A DNA stretch of 64,000 nt from contig CADCCF010000002.1 in assembly GCA_902799835.1 (NCBI GenBank), positions 7,338 to 71,337 of the forward strand. The letters are read 5' to 3'. Source of the stretch: an uncultured Pseudomonadota bacterium (lineage in GTDB: Bacteria > Pseudomonadota > Alphaproteobacteria > RF32 > CAG-239). The notes below the pieces were generated by a model that was not told the origin of the DNA, did not search any database, and saw nothing but the letters and a program-made list of their open reading frames with translations. A program made the translations under genes and the position numbers. Below, piece by piece: positions 16,522-27,391 of this stretch. The stretch's first letter is position 1. Every line of letters begins with the position of its first letter.

Positions 16522-17550
16522 ATGGTTAATAAAATGATTCTTCAAAAAAAACTTTTGTTGTTTTTAGCATTATTGTTCTCATGGCATAATGCTTATGGCG
16601 CAGAGCTTGGAATTCCGCTGATTTCACAGCGTCACTATGTCGCTTGCGGCATTGATGCTGATTATAACTATTTGGCCCGCAAACAAGAGGGACATTGGAC
16701 CGGTTTTGATGCCGATATGTGCCGAGCCGTGGCTCAAGCGGTTTTGCAAAATTCTGAAAGTTTTAAATTGATATCGGTTAAACCTGCTAATATTGGAAAA
16801 ATGCTCAACACCGGCGCAATCGATATAATGTTTGGTCATAATGTTTTGCCTCCGCAAATTGAAGCTCAACAAAATATTTCTGTCGTTGATGTTATGTATT
16901 ATGATAGGATTGTATTTGCAGTGCGCAATCCCAAAGATAATGCTTCATCAATGAAGGAATATGCTTCAGAGAATGTTTGTGTACGAGATAAGTCGGCAGA
17001 TTTTGATTTCTTAAAACAGTACAACTCAAAATATGCCCTTGGTTTTAATTTTGTAAAATTTCCCAACAATACTGCCTTAAAAGAAGCATTTTATCTTAAA
17101 CGTTGTAACTTGGTCGTAGGCGACGAAGTTTTTCTCAAGAGCATTGTTAAAGATTTGAAATCAGGTAATGCCGAAGTATTGCCGGAAGAAATTTCTCTTA
17201 CCGGCGTTAAGAGTTATACGGCCGGAGGCAACAATCATTTTAACGCAGCTATGCGTGCTATATTTAATGCTATAAAGAGTGCTTCAGCCCTGAATATCAG
17301 CGCGGCAAATGTTGAAGCTTTCAAGTCCGATCCTACACCATCAGTCCAAAATATGTTGGGAATTAATCCGCAAATATGGCAAAAATTCGGTATTGCACCG
17401 GATTGGATGATTCCTTATATATCGCAGTTCGGTGGTTATTCGGAAATTATTGATCGCAATTTGGGTTATGCTTCACCTTTGAGTATTGACACATCGCGCA
17501 ACGAGCCATATAGCAAAGGCGGAATGATTGTTGCAACACCATTGTTATAG
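16522..17550 (+). CDS. Periplasmic amino-acid ABC transporter substrate-binding protein (family 3 SBP). No permease or ATPase genes are adjacent.
   Basis: Signal peptide and SBP_bac_3-like sequence. Confidence 0.6.
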   Translation: MVNKMILQKKLLLFLALLFSWHNAYGAELGIPLISQRHYVACGIDADYNYLARKQEGHWTGFDADMCRAVAQAVLQNSESFKLISVKPANIGKMLNTGAIDIMFGHNVLPPQIEAQQNISVVDVMYYDRIVFAVRNPKDNASSMKEYASENVCVRDKSADFDFLKQYNSKYALGFNFVKFPNNTALKEAFYLKRCNLVVGDEVFLKSIVKDLKSGNAEVLPEEISLTGVKSYTAGGNNHFNAAMRAIFNAIKSASALNISAANVEAFKSDPTPSVQNMLGINPQIWQKFGIAPDWMIPYISQFGGYSEIIDRNLGYASPLSIDTSRNEPYSKGGMIVATPLL

Positions 17551-18231
17551 GCTGCGTTCAATTATAAAGTTCTTGGCGATATCAATCTCTTCATCGGTAA
17601 TACGATGTGCAGTGTCGGCGAAAGAATAGCTTTGAGTTTTACAACCCAGTTTTTTCAGATTTTCAGCGGTAAATTCCAGAGCGCCGATTCGAATTTTTTC
17701 ATCATCTTGTCCGTGTAACAAGAGAACATCCGGTTTGTTCATATAATGATTTTCGATATAACCTTGGGCCGCCAAGATGCCGCCAAAACTTATAACGCCA
17801 CCTATCTTATACGGACACATCAGACCGGAATACATTGCGCACATAGCTCCTTGCGAAAATCCGCACAAGAATAAATCACTATAAGACAGCTGATATTCTG
17901 ATAACAGATTATCAATATATTCCATAATATTTTGATATGCTGACTCTAATCCGACTGTCATTTTGTTATACAATTCTACAAACTCTTCCCAAGAAGGAGT
18001 ATCACGCCTGGCATCATTAGGGTCAAACTGACGGATTGAAAACCATTGCCTTGTAGTATGGTCAATCTCACTTATGAGAGGGGAATCCGGTATGTGTAAG
18101 GCAGTATCAGGCAAGTCCTGTAATTTTAAGCATTTGTGATCAATATGTCCGGCACAATCCTGATAGCCGTGCAAAAAAACCACTAATCTTTTTGGAATTC
18201 CATTGATATGCACAATTTCTTCGTTAATCAT
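17545..18231 (-). CDS. Alpha/beta hydrolase of the phospholipase/carboxylesterase family.
   Basis: GFSQG nucleophile elbow with a downstream HG...D/H pattern. Confidence 0.65.
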   Translation of the reverse strand: MINEEIVHINGIPKRLVVFLHGYQDCAGHIDHKCLKLQDLPDTALHIPDSPLISEIDHTTRQWFSIRQFDPNDARRDTPSWEEFVELYNKMTVGLESAYQNIMEYIDNLLSEYQLSYSDLFLCGFSQGAMCAMYSGLMCPYKIGGVISFGGILAAQGYIENHYMNKPDVLLLHGQDDEKIRIGALEFTAENLKKLGCKTQSYSFADTAHRITDEEIDIAKNFIIERSL

Positions 18232-18290
18232 TTCTTCAACCTCAAATCATCCTGAAGAATAATGCAAAGATTTAAATAAATCGTAAAAAA

Positions 18291-19064
18291 CTAGTCCTCA
18301 TTTTTCAATATCATAAAAGTTATGCTGTTATCATCAGCTTTAATGACTCGCAAACCCTTACCATTAACTGTAATCAAACCAGGCTGATTAGGAAAATTAA
18401 TGCGATCAAATTTTCCGGAAACATCACTTCCATCATAAGCCAGGTAATCAAACCAAATTCTATCCAGCTGAACCCCGGCATATTTTATCTCATAACCATT
18501 TCGTACATTGCTAACTTCATCACGGGATTTTATAATTTTTTCCATCTTCATGCCCGAGGGATAGACCATAACTTCTTCGGGAAGAATTTGTAAAACACCA
18601 TCTTTGTCAAGACCTCCGTGTTCGTAAAAATTGCCTTCCTCATCAAACAAATAGAAATATCCGTCTAAACTGCTTTCCAGCAGGTAATATTTGCTTCCAT
18701 CAATTTTTACCCAATAGCTGACATCATAAGTTTTGCGTGCATCAATATTTAAAGGAAAAACCATATTCTGTAAGCTTCCGCTCATATTCGGCTTAAAAGA
18801 AGTATGTTCATAAGAAGCTCTGTCATAAAGTTTATCACTCAAAACAGCTTCACCTTTTCTTACGGTAAGTGCTTTATTCATCACAACTTCGTTTTCTCTG
18901 ATATTAGATGTTCCTTTATATTCTTCACTGTTAAACTCATGAATGGAATAGCCGCGAGCCGCATTTATAATACTTTTGCGGAAAGGCAACAAATCAAAAT
19001 TTCCTGCCCGTACACATCCGGATAAGACAAGAATCAAAGCTAAAAAAGTGATATATTTTTTCAT
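18291..19064 (-). CDS. Hypothetical lipoprotein.
   Basis: MKKYITFLALILVLSGC lipobox. The start is at the internal ATG 19064 of track ORF 18291..19097. Confidence 0.6.
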   Translation of the reverse strand: MKKYITFLALILVLSGCVRAGNFDLLPFRKSIINAARGYSIHEFNSEEYKGTSNIRENEVVMNKALTVRKGEAVLSDKLYDRASYEHTSFKPNMSGSLQNMVFPLNIDARKTYDVSYWVKIDGSKYYLLESSLDGYFYLFDEEGNFYEHGGLDKDGVLQILPEEVMVYPSGMKMEKIIKSRDEVSNVRNGYEIKYAGVQLDRIWFDYLAYDGSDVSGKFDRINFPNQPGLITVNGKGLRVIKADDNSITFMILKNED

Positions 19065-19166
19065 GTTTTTTCTTTCGAGATAAAACCGATATGTCAATCT
19101 ATTTTTAATTATTATATCATAAACTTAAGCTTAGCAAATGAAATTATGCAATAATAGGATAAATAT

Positions 19167-20030
19167 ATGGAAAGCAAATGCTGGCAGGTCATTTTTAAGC
19201 AAGATTCTCCATCAGAGAGATTCGATGAGTTTTTAGATGAATTTTTTGATGTTACGGCAATTAATTACCTTGATGATGGCAGATTGGAATATGTCGGATA
19301 CGCAAATATTAGCAGTTTTTCCGAAGACAAAATGCTAAAAACGGCCAAAGATTGGAATTTGTCTCTGCCGCCTTATAAAATTATAGAATTGAAAAGTGAA
19401 AATTGGCTCAAAGATTATGTCATAAAATTTGATGCTTTTGAGGTAGCCGATTTTTGCATATACGGAGCACACCAACTTACTCCACCGATTAGTAATAAAA
19501 TAAAATTGCAGATTTATGCGGCCACTGCTTTTGGTTCCAATCATCAAACAACCCGGGCCTGTATTAATGCTATTTCTGATTTGCATCATAAGGGGTTTGT
19601 CGCAGATAAAGTGTTGGATATGGGCTGTGGTTCGGGAATTTTATCACTTTGCGCAGCCAAACTTTGGCCATCTGCTCAGATTGTTTCCGCGGATATTGAT
19701 GAGGAAGCGGTAATTGTCACTAATAGTAATGCCCAAAATAACAATCTGGATTCTCAGATTGTCGCCTTTGCCGGTGATGGTTATCAAAACAGCCAGGTAA
19801 ATAAATCGGCACCATATAATCTTATCTTAAGCAACATTTTAGCTAATCCCTTAAAAGAATTTGCTCCTCAATTATCTCGGCATTTATCAGTACCAGGCTA
19901 TGCCATATTATCCGGATTTGTTGATAATCAGGTTGATGAGGTTATATCTGCTCACGAGCAAAACGGGCTGAAATTGGTTAAACTTTACGAAATAGACAAC
20001 TGGCGCGCCGCGCTTATGCAAAAGGAATAA
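19167..20030 (+). CDS. prmA: Ribosomal protein L11 methyltransferase.
   Basis: DMGCGSGILS SAM-binding motif and PrmA architecture. Confidence 0.8.
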   Translation: MESKCWQVIFKQDSPSERFDEFLDEFFDVTAINYLDDGRLEYVGYANISSFSEDKMLKTAKDWNLSLPPYKIIELKSENWLKDYVIKFDAFEVADFCIYGAHQLTPPISNKIKLQIYAATAFGSNHQTTRACINAISDLHHKGFVADKVLDMGCGSGILSLCAAKLWPSAQIVSADIDEEAVIVTNSNAQNNNLDSQIVAFAGDGYQNSQVNKSAPYNLILSNILANPLKEFAPQLSRHLSVPGYAILSGFVDNQVDEVISAHEQNGLKLVKLYEIDNWRAALMQKE

Positions 20031-20034
20031 TATA

Positions 20035-21696
20035 ATGACCATAAATGATATTCAAAATTATCTCAAAACCAAAGAGTTTGACGCTTATATAATTACTCGT
20101 AATAATATGTTTATAGGTCAAGATGTTCTTGACGAAGAAAACAAAATCAAAGAGTTGACCGGATTTACCGGTTCGGCCGGTACCTTGATAGTTTTTCAGA
20201 ATCGAGCCGTACTTATGGTTGACGGCCGATATGATCTGCAAGCCAAAACTCAAACCGATTCGAGCCTTGTTGAAGTGGTTTGTACTAGAGATTCTATTGG
20301 CACATGGATAAATCATAATATTCATGAACCGCACAAATTTGTTTATGATGCGTGGTGCCACTCAATTTCTGAAGTTGATTATTGGCGTCGCTCACTTGAT
20401 AGACATGTTTTTGTGGAGGATAAGGATAATTTATTAGGCAATCGCATTTCTGCCAAAGAAACTAATATATTTGAGCTTCAAAACGAATTTTGCGGCATCA
20501 CGACAGATGAAAAAATATCTTATTTAACCGAATTTATGGCGCAAAATCATTTGGATGCCTACCTGTTATGTGAAGCAGACAGCGTTTCCTGGTTGATGAA
20601 TTTGCGCTCGGATTTGATAGAATATTCTCCTATATTCAGAGCATTTGCATTAGTCTATGCTTCCGGTGAGGTAAGCCTGTTTGCCAGTGATTTTTCCAAA
20701 TTGGTAGATGAGCTGGCATCGCTCAAAGGAAAAAATATCGGCATCAACTTTTCGCGCACTCCTAAAAAAATGCAAAGTGTCATAAAAGCAAATGAAGCCT
20801 TTTATCGCAATGTCTCTAATCCGATTGTTGAATGGAAAGCAACCAAAAATCCGGTTGAAATTGCCGGCTTTAAGGCTTGTCATATAAGAGATGGTGTTGC
20901 AGTGGTAAAATTTTTGAGTTGGCTAAGAGATAATTTTTCCGGCAGCACGGAGTTGGATTGTGTCAACAAATTACATGAGTTCAGAGCCCAAGAACAAAAT
21001 TTTTATTCGGAGAGTTTTGCCACTATTGCCGGATTTGGTTCTAACGGAGCCATAATTCATTATCAGCCAACTTTGGATACCAATAAAAAAATCACCGGAG
21101 ATTCCATATTGTTGCTTGATTCCGGCGGACATTATTATGACGGAACGACTGATATAACTCGCACTGTAGCTTTTGAAAACCCGTCTCAGGAAATAATTGA
21201 TAGTTACACCCAAGTGCTCAAAGCTCATATTGCGTTGAGTTCACAGGTTTTTCCCGTCGGCACTTTAGGGGCACAGCTCGACGCAATTACACGCTCATCT
21301 TTATGGAATAACCGAAAAGATTACGCTCACGGAACCGGTCATGGCGTTGGATGTTGCCTTAATGTCCATGAAGGACCGCAATCTATTTCATTGAAAAATC
21401 AGGTTCCACTTCAGTCCGGAATGGTGTGTTCCATTGAGCCGGGATATTACAAAGAGGAAGCCTATGGTATTCGTATCGAAAATTTGGCATTGGTGGTTGA
21501 AGACAGTGATGGTTGGTTAAAGTTTGAACCATTGACTGTTGTTCCTTATGAGCCGAAATTAATCAACTCTTCTTTACTGAATGTCCAAGAAAAAGATTGG
21601 TTAAATTCCTATCATCAAAAAGTTGGCGCAACACTTTTACCACTGTTAGACGAAGCAACTTCTGCTTGGCTGAAAGAGCAAATAAAGCCCTTGTAA
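20035..21696 (+). CDS. pepP: Xaa-Pro aminopeptidase (M24B, aminopeptidase P family).
   Basis: Creatinase N-domains plus an M24 C-terminal domain with HGTGHGVG. Confidence 0.8.
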   Translation: MTINDIQNYLKTKEFDAYIITRNNMFIGQDVLDEENKIKELTGFTGSAGTLIVFQNRAVLMVDGRYDLQAKTQTDSSLVEVVCTRDSIGTWINHNIHEPHKFVYDAWCHSISEVDYWRRSLDRHVFVEDKDNLLGNRISAKETNIFELQNEFCGITTDEKISYLTEFMAQNHLDAYLLCEADSVSWLMNLRSDLIEYSPIFRAFALVYASGEVSLFASDFSKLVDELASLKGKNIGINFSRTPKKMQSVIKANEAFYRNVSNPIVEWKATKNPVEIAGFKACHIRDGVAVVKFLSWLRDNFSGSTELDCVNKLHEFRAQEQNFYSESFATIAGFGSNGAIIHYQPTLDTNKKITGDSILLLDSGGHYYDGTTDITRTVAFENPSQEIIDSYTQVLKAHIALSSQVFPVGTLGAQLDAITRSSLWNNRKDYAHGTGHGVGCCLNVHEGPQSISLKNQVPLQSGMVCSIEPGYYKEEAYGIRIENLALVVEDSDGWLKFEPLTVVPYEPKLINSSLLNVQEKDWLNSYHQKVGATLLPLLDEATSAWLKEQIKPL

Positions 21697-21751
21697 AACT
21701 ATTTTTACCACCCATATTAATTTTTGGTTTTATTAATAAGGGAAGGTAAAT

Positions 21752-22192
21752 ATGAAAAAAATTTTATTAGGGCTGCTTATGCTCATGAGTATTAGCGTTG
21801 CATCGGCACAAGACAATATGTTGCAGATGGAAAATCAAGAACAATACTTTCAGGAAAACAATCAAAATCCTGATAAGTCAATTATCTATATTTTCTTCAA
21901 TAATCAGCCTTGCTCAACTTGTCCTATGGCGATAGATATGATAGAGGAAGTTTACAACCAAAATTTCCTTAATGATTATAATTTGATCATGATAAATTAC
22001 AGCGAAGACAACAATGCCGGATTCGTTCAAAGCTATAACTTGAGTGAACCACTGGAAGTAGTCATGGTTTATGTTAATGACGGACAATTTCAAGGGTACC
22101 AAAAAATTGAAGGTCTGCAAGATATGACCACAGCACCGCAAGCTTTTAATGAATACTTTGTCAGTCAAGTAAACGGCTATCTTGGTGAGTAG
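21752..22192 (+). CDS. Hypothetical secreted protein (146 aa).
   Basis: Signal peptide MKKILLGLLMLMSISVASA. A terminator follows. Confidence 0.6.
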   Translation: MKKILLGLLMLMSISVASAQDNMLQMENQEQYFQENNQNPDKSIIYIFFNNQPCSTCPMAIDMIEEVYNQNFLNDYNLIMINYSEDNNAGFVQSYNLSEPLEVVMVYVNDGQFQGYQKIEGLQDMTTAPQAFNEYFVSQVNGYLGE

Positions 22193-22204
22193 AACTTTTA
22201 CATA

Positions 22205-22237
22205 AAAAAACCGCTTTGTTCAAAGCGGTTTTTTTGA
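22205..22237. terminator. Bidirectional terminator.
   Basis: aaaaaaa ccgctttg-ttc-aaagcgg ttttttt. Confidence 0.7.
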
Positions 22238-22239
22238 GA

Positions 22240-23034
22240 TTATAATTTTTCTTTTTTCTCAACAAATTTAAAGAATTGATAAATATGCGCGTAATACGAG
22301 CCCTTTATACAAGTATTGATAGTCTGTATTACAATTCCCAGCAGCCAAAAACTCAAACTGTTTCTGACCACATCAGTTCCATAGATGCCAAATAATATTA
22401 CAGCGCTGATTACCAAAAATAGAAAACACGGCAAACTGGCGGCAATCATCCCCCAAAACACTCTGTTGTGATTGCCATGAACCAGTCGAAACAGTCTTTT
22501 TATGCTCAAAAGGCTCCAGTCTTTTACGGCTATTGATGGAAACACCAAAAACAGCGGAGATATCAAGATACATTCAACAAACAGTATCAAATATATTAAT
22601 GAAACCAATATACTAACATTTGCTAATACTCCTGTAGAAACAGCTAAAGCTGATATCAAAAGGATAACCGGTACAGCCAAAAATATTCCCAACGCAATAG
22701 AGACTAAACAATAAAATACAACACTTTTCCAAAATGAAAGCGAAACAAAATCTAACTCATCTTTTAAAACTATATGCCGACAATAATTTATGATGATTCC
22801 GATGTTAAAAACAATAAAAGCCAAAGAGATGGCGATATTTTGCCAACTGGTTGAGCAATCTTCCACATCGGGAGAACAAGATGAAGTCATTGTTAAAACA
22901 ACCTCTACCACAACTAAGGCCAGTAAGATTGGCAAAATTGTCAGCATCATATTTTTGTTTTTCCAAACATAAACAAAAGTTCTTTTTAGTGTTTCGCCCA
23001 ATGGTAATTTCATTAAAGTTTTTTCATTATTCAT
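22240..23034 (-). CDS. Hypothetical polytopic membrane protein, a paralog of the adjacent gene.
   Basis: Multiple TM segments. Shared pattern with the neighbour: CSTSWQNIAISLAFIVFNIGIIINYCRHIVLKDE vs CSTNFIVFVISHLLNIFVNCMFARNWVEIALNKE. Confidence 0.6.
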   Translation of the reverse strand: MNNEKTLMKLPLGETLKRTFVYVWKNKNMMLTILPILLALVVVEVVLTMTSSCSPDVEDCSTSWQNIAISLAFIVFNIGIIINYCRHIVLKDELDFVSLSFWKSVVFYCLVSIALGIFLAVPVILLISALAVSTGVLANVSILVSLIYLILFVECILISPLFLVFPSIAVKDWSLLSIKRLFRLVHGNHNRVFWGMIAASLPCFLFLVISAVILFGIYGTDVVRNSLSFWLLGIVIQTINTCIKGSYYAHIYQFFKFVEKKEKL

Positions 23035-23836
23035 TGTTGTTGCCTCCGAAAAGTATTTTGTGTTGTATATAGCAGAAATTCATAATCAATGCAATAATAA
23101 TCATTTTAAAGAAATTAATTATATATTCGATGACCACTGTCTGTACAAAAGATATAACACCACCGGCCTCCATAGAAAACTGAAGTGTTTGCGACATTAT
23201 CAATAAATAAATCAACATAATCATTGTTGTTCCGCCAAGAATTGCCATAAGATTTCCTGCAGTTTTCTGCCATAGCAATATCGGCGAAACCATTTTTTCA
23301 CCTAAGGCAATAGTTGCAGCATAACTACTGAATTTCAAAGCAAGTATCGGAACAATAAATCCGATAGAAACAAACGCAAAGAAGGCAATTTCTATTTTCC
23401 AGTTTGGGTTGGGGACTCTCACATATAAAACATACATGCATATCAATGCTAAAACTAATGTCAGAATATATAATCCCAACAGGCCTAACAATTTAAAATC
23501 TTTTTTAGATGGAATAAGAGCCGATTTCCATTTTAATTTTTCTTTATTCAAGGCTATTTCCACCCAATTACGAGCAAACATACAATTGACAAAGATATTT
23601 AGTAAATGAGAAATTACAAAAACAATAAAATTGGTGCTGCAATAATGTGCTTCGCGATAGGCTTGATTAGAGCAAATAAACATGTTTCCGCTTAACGCCA
23701 AAACAATTGTTTCAATTCCTGCAAATACTGCACATAAGAGCCATGCTTGTCGATTTGCCTTTAGCAATAAATCTAAATATCCTACCAGCATCTTAAATGC
23801 AGGAAACTTTATCGCAGTATTATCTTGATTTGTCAT
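23027..23836 (-). CDS. Hypothetical polytopic membrane protein, a paralog of 22240..23034.
   Basis: Same architecture and size as its neighbour. The genes overlap by 8 nt. Confidence 0.6.
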   Translation of the reverse strand: MTNQDNTAIKFPAFKMLVGYLDLLLKANRQAWLLCAVFAGIETIVLALSGNMFICSNQAYREAHYCSTNFIVFVISHLLNIFVNCMFARNWVEIALNKEKLKWKSALIPSKKDFKLLGLLGLYILTLVLALICMYVLYVRVPNPNWKIEIAFFAFVSIGFIVPILALKFSSYAATIALGEKMVSPILLWQKTAGNLMAILGGTTMIMLIYLLIMSQTLQFSMEAGGVISFVQTVVIEYIINFFKMIIIALIMNFCYIQHKILFGGNNNE

Positions 23837-23837
23837 A

Positions 23838-26800
23838 TTACAATTCCTTTATCTTGGTTATTCCCGGCAAAGACCTTATTTGAGCAACAGTGTCACCCCA
23901 TAAAGCAAAACTTTCCTTTAACATAATCCTTATATCCCAATCATTGTTGATTGGTTTGATATATATTTTATTTTTGCCGTTTCTATCTTTTTGCAAAATT
24001 TGTTTTAATCCGGCAATCGCACTTATATCATCTACATATATTTCAAGTCCGTTTGCCACGCCGGCTATCGCTGTATCAAGCAGTTCCACCGTGTTAATCA
24101 ACATGCGTGAATTTTCGCCTTCTTCTTTTTTGTTCAATGTAGCGTTAACCAATAGCGGTTTTCCGGAATTTATAATTTCTTCATACTTGCTCAAACCTTC
24201 AGCAAATAAAACACCTTCAAAATTAGAAATTCCATCGGATAATCCTAAGAAAGCAAATTTATTGCCGTTTTTAGAAATTCGTTTTTGAAAATTGTTAACG
24301 CAACCGGCAAATTTGCAGTGCAAGTTATCACCGACTTTTAGCCCCTGTATAACCTCAGAGTATTTTTTAACTCCAAGTCTTTCCATCCCATCACGATAAC
24401 TATCCAAAGGATGAGCTGACAGATAAAAACCTATTGCATCAGCTTCCTGTTGCAACTTTTCCAATTCCGGCCAATCCGGTTTTTCGGCTAAGGTTATTTT
24501 AGCTGACAGTTCTTCTACACCGAAAAGAGAGCTTTGAGCGCTATTTTTCATTTCTGTTGCCGATGCTATATTAGAAATTATAACATCTAAATTAGCCATC
24601 AATTTGCCGCGTGATTTTTCCAAACAATCAAAAGCCCCGGCTTTGATTAATTGTTCTATTTGTCGGCGATTTATCTGTCTTGCATCGACGCGATTAATAA
24701 AATCGGAAATATCCTTAAATTTGCCACCTTTGTTGCGTTCGGCTATTATAGCTTCCATATTGGCAGCACCGACTGATTTTATGGCGGCTAAGGCATAACG
24801 AATATTGCCATCTTCTACAGCAAATTCGGGTAACGATTTGTTGATATCCGGTGGTAAAACTTTAAATCCCATCTTAGCGCATTCTTCTTTGTAAGACAGT
24901 AATTTATCGACATTGGTCATATCCAATGACATAATAGCGCACATGAATTCCACCGGGTAATGTGCCTTTAAGTATGCTGTTTGATACGAAATCAAAGAAT
25001 AAGCTGCCGCATGCGACTTGTTAAATCCGTAGGAGGCAAATTTTTCCATTTGATCAAAAATTTTGGTGGCAGTATCTTTGTCAATGCCTTTTTTGAGAGC
25101 ACCCTCGGTAAACATTGCGCGTTGCTTGGGTATTTCATCGCGCATTTTTTTACCCATAACTTTACGCAGTTTATCGGCACCGCCTAAGGTATAGCCTCCC
25201 AAAACTTGAGCAATTTTCATAACCTGCTCTTGATACACCATAATGCCATAGGTTTCATCCAAAATCGGCGCTAAATCAGGGTGTAAATAAGTTATTTCTT
25301 CTTCACCGTGTTTGCGTTTAATATAAGTCGGAATATTATCCATAGGGCCAGGACGATATAAGGACACAATAGCAATTAAATCCTCAAATCTGTCCGGTTT
25401 AATTTGTCTGTGCACATCACGCATTCCCGGCGATTCAAATTGAAAAACCGCTGAAGTGTCACCGCGTTGTAACATTTCATAAGTTTCTTTGTCATCTAAG
25501 GGCAGTTCATCAATATTAAAGTCAATTCCATGGCTTGTTTTTATCCAGTCAACGGCTTTTTTTATTACTGTAAGAGTTTTCAATCCTAAAAAGTCAAACT
25601 TAATTAAACCGGTTTCTTCTACAAATTTCATGTCATATTGGGTAACCGGCATATCAGCGCGCGGGTCTTTGTATAACGGAACCAATTTTTCCAATGGTCT
25701 GTCCCCGATAACCACACCGGCAGCATGCATACCGGAATTGCGATATAAACCCTCAAGTTTCATCGCAATATCAAACAATTTGTTGATTTGCGGATCTTCA
25801 GTGCGCATCTGCTCCAACTCGGGTACTTGATCCAATGCTTCTTGCAAAGTGGGGTTTTTGCCTTGCGCTCCGGGGGGAATCATTTTTGATATACGGTCTG
25901 CCTGAGAATAAGGTAATCCCATAACTCGAGCCACATCGCGCACCACAGCTTTTGATTGTAATTTACCATAGGTGATAATTTGCGCAACTTTGTCTTTACC
26001 ATACTTTTCTTGAACATATTCAATGGTTTTATAACGATTCTCTTGGCAAAAATCGACATCAAAATCCGGCATGTTAACGCGTTCAGGATTCAAAAAACGC
26101 TCAAACAACAAATCAAGTTTTATCGGATCCAGCTCAGTTATATGTAAAGACCAAGCCACAATTGAACCCGCACCGGAACCACGTCCCGGTCCGACCGGTA
26201 CTCCATGCCCTTTTGACCAAGTTATAAAATCCGACACTATCAGAAAATATCCCGGAAATCCCATTTTTTTTATGACACTTAGCTCATATTCCAAACGGGC
26301 ATAATATTTTTCATCAATCGATTTTTTTTCTTCTTCGCTCATGCCCTCATGATAAACATGTTTCTCCATACGGCCTTTTAGTCCTTCATAAGCGCGCTTG
26401 GTAATATATTCATCTTGTGTCATATTGTCAGGACAGATAAAGATTGGCAGTAAAGGCTGTACTTTTTTGGAAAGATAATTGCAACGCTTGGCAATGATAA
26501 CTGTGTTTTGCAGTGCTTCTGGCAAATCATCAAAAAGCTGTAACATCTCAGCTTCAGTTTTGAGACGGTTGTTGATTGAAAAATGTTTGCGGTTTTCATT
26601 GCTCAACACTTCGGCTGCAGCAATGCAAACCAAAGCATCATGAGCTTCGTACATATCCTCATCAAAGAAAAAAGCTTCATTGGTTGCAACTAACGGAATA
26701 TCAAATTCATAGGCCAAATTTATAAAAGCTTCTTCAGTTTGTTTTTCACTATCCAATCCCAAACGAGATATTTCCATATAAAAGCGATTACCGAAAATAG

Positions 26801-27305
26801 CTTTAAGTTTTGCGACAGTTGCTTTGGCTTCATCAAGACGATTCTCCAATAACAAACGTCCGATTTGTCCATCAACTCCGCCGGATAAAGCGATAAGTCC
26901 TTCACTGGCATTTTCCAAATCACTCATTCGCAAAAATGGTTTTTCAACTGAGCTGGGATTGTCCAAGTATGATAATTTCATCAGGTGCATGATGTTCATA
27001 TATCCGGTTTCACTCATGACTAATAAAATTATCTTATCAGGGTCTATTGTCATGCCTTTTGATTTTAACACATCATCAGCATCGGGGTTGCGTAGATAAA
27101 ATTGGCAGCCGAGGATTGGTTTTATGCCAGCTTCAGCAGCAAACTTTGATACCGCTTTACCGCCAAACATATTGGCGGTATCGGTCATTGCAAAAGCTGG
27201 AATACCCATTTCACCCAAGCGCTTAACCAAAGCCGGAACCTTCATAGCTCCCTCAGATAGAGAGTATGCCGTGTGCACTCGCAAAGGTATGTATTTTGGT
27301 TCCAC
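23838..27305 (-). CDS. dnaE: DNA polymerase III alpha subunit.
   Basis: 1155-aa protein with PHP and polymerase core (GxPDFDVDF) domains. Confidence 0.95.
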   Translation of the reverse strand: MEPKYIPLRVHTAYSLSEGAMKVPALVKRLGEMGIPAFAMTDTANMFGGKAVSKFAAEAGIKPILGCQFYLRNPDADDVLKSKGMTIDPDKIILLVMSETGYMNIMHLMKLSYLDNPSSVEKPFLRMSDLENASEGLIALSGGVDGQIGRLLLENRLDEAKATVAKLKAIFGNRFYMEISRLGLDSEKQTEEAFINLAYEFDIPLVATNEAFFFDEDMYEAHDALVCIAAAEVLSNENRKHFSINNRLKTEAEMLQLFDDLPEALQNTVIIAKRCNYLSKKVQPLLPIFICPDNMTQDEYITKRAYEGLKGRMEKHVYHEGMSEEEKKSIDEKYYARLEYELSVIKKMGFPGYFLIVSDFITWSKGHGVPVGPGRGSGAGSIVAWSLHITELDPIKLDLLFERFLNPERVNMPDFDVDFCQENRYKTIEYVQEKYGKDKVAQIITYGKLQSKAVVRDVARVMGLPYSQADRISKMIPPGAQGKNPTLQEALDQVPELEQMRTEDPQINKLFDIAMKLEGLYRNSGMHAAGVVIGDRPLEKLVPLYKDPRADMPVTQYDMKFVEETGLIKFDFLGLKTLTVIKKAVDWIKTSHGIDFNIDELPLDDKETYEMLQRGDTSAVFQFESPGMRDVHRQIKPDRFEDLIAIVSLYRPGPMDNIPTYIKRKHGEEEITYLHPDLAPILDETYGIMVYQEQVMKIAQVLGGYTLGGADKLRKVMGKKMRDEIPKQRAMFTEGALKKGIDKDTATKIFDQMEKFASYGFNKSHAAAYSLISYQTAYLKAHYPVEFMCAIMSLDMTNVDKLLSYKEECAKMGFKVLPPDINKSLPEFAVEDGNIRYALAAIKSVGAANMEAIIAERNKGGKFKDISDFINRVDARQINRRQIEQLIKAGAFDCLEKSRGKLMANLDVIISNIASATEMKNSAQSSLFGVEELSAKITLAEKPDWPELEKLQQEADAIGFYLSAHPLDSYRDGMERLGVKKYSEVIQGLKVGDNLHCKFAGCVNNFQKRISKNGNKFAFLGLSDGISNFEGVLFAEGLSKYEEIINSGKPLLVNATLNKKEEGENSRMLINTVELLDTAIAGVANGLEIYVDDISAIAGLKQILQKDRNGKNKIYIKPINNDWDIRIMLKESFALWGDTVAQIRSLPGITKIKEL

Positions 27306-27391
27306 TATTCGTCCCTCAATTGTCCCAAAACTAATCTATCATAAACATTTTACCGCTCTATCACAACGAAAAAGTTAAACATTATAAAAAA

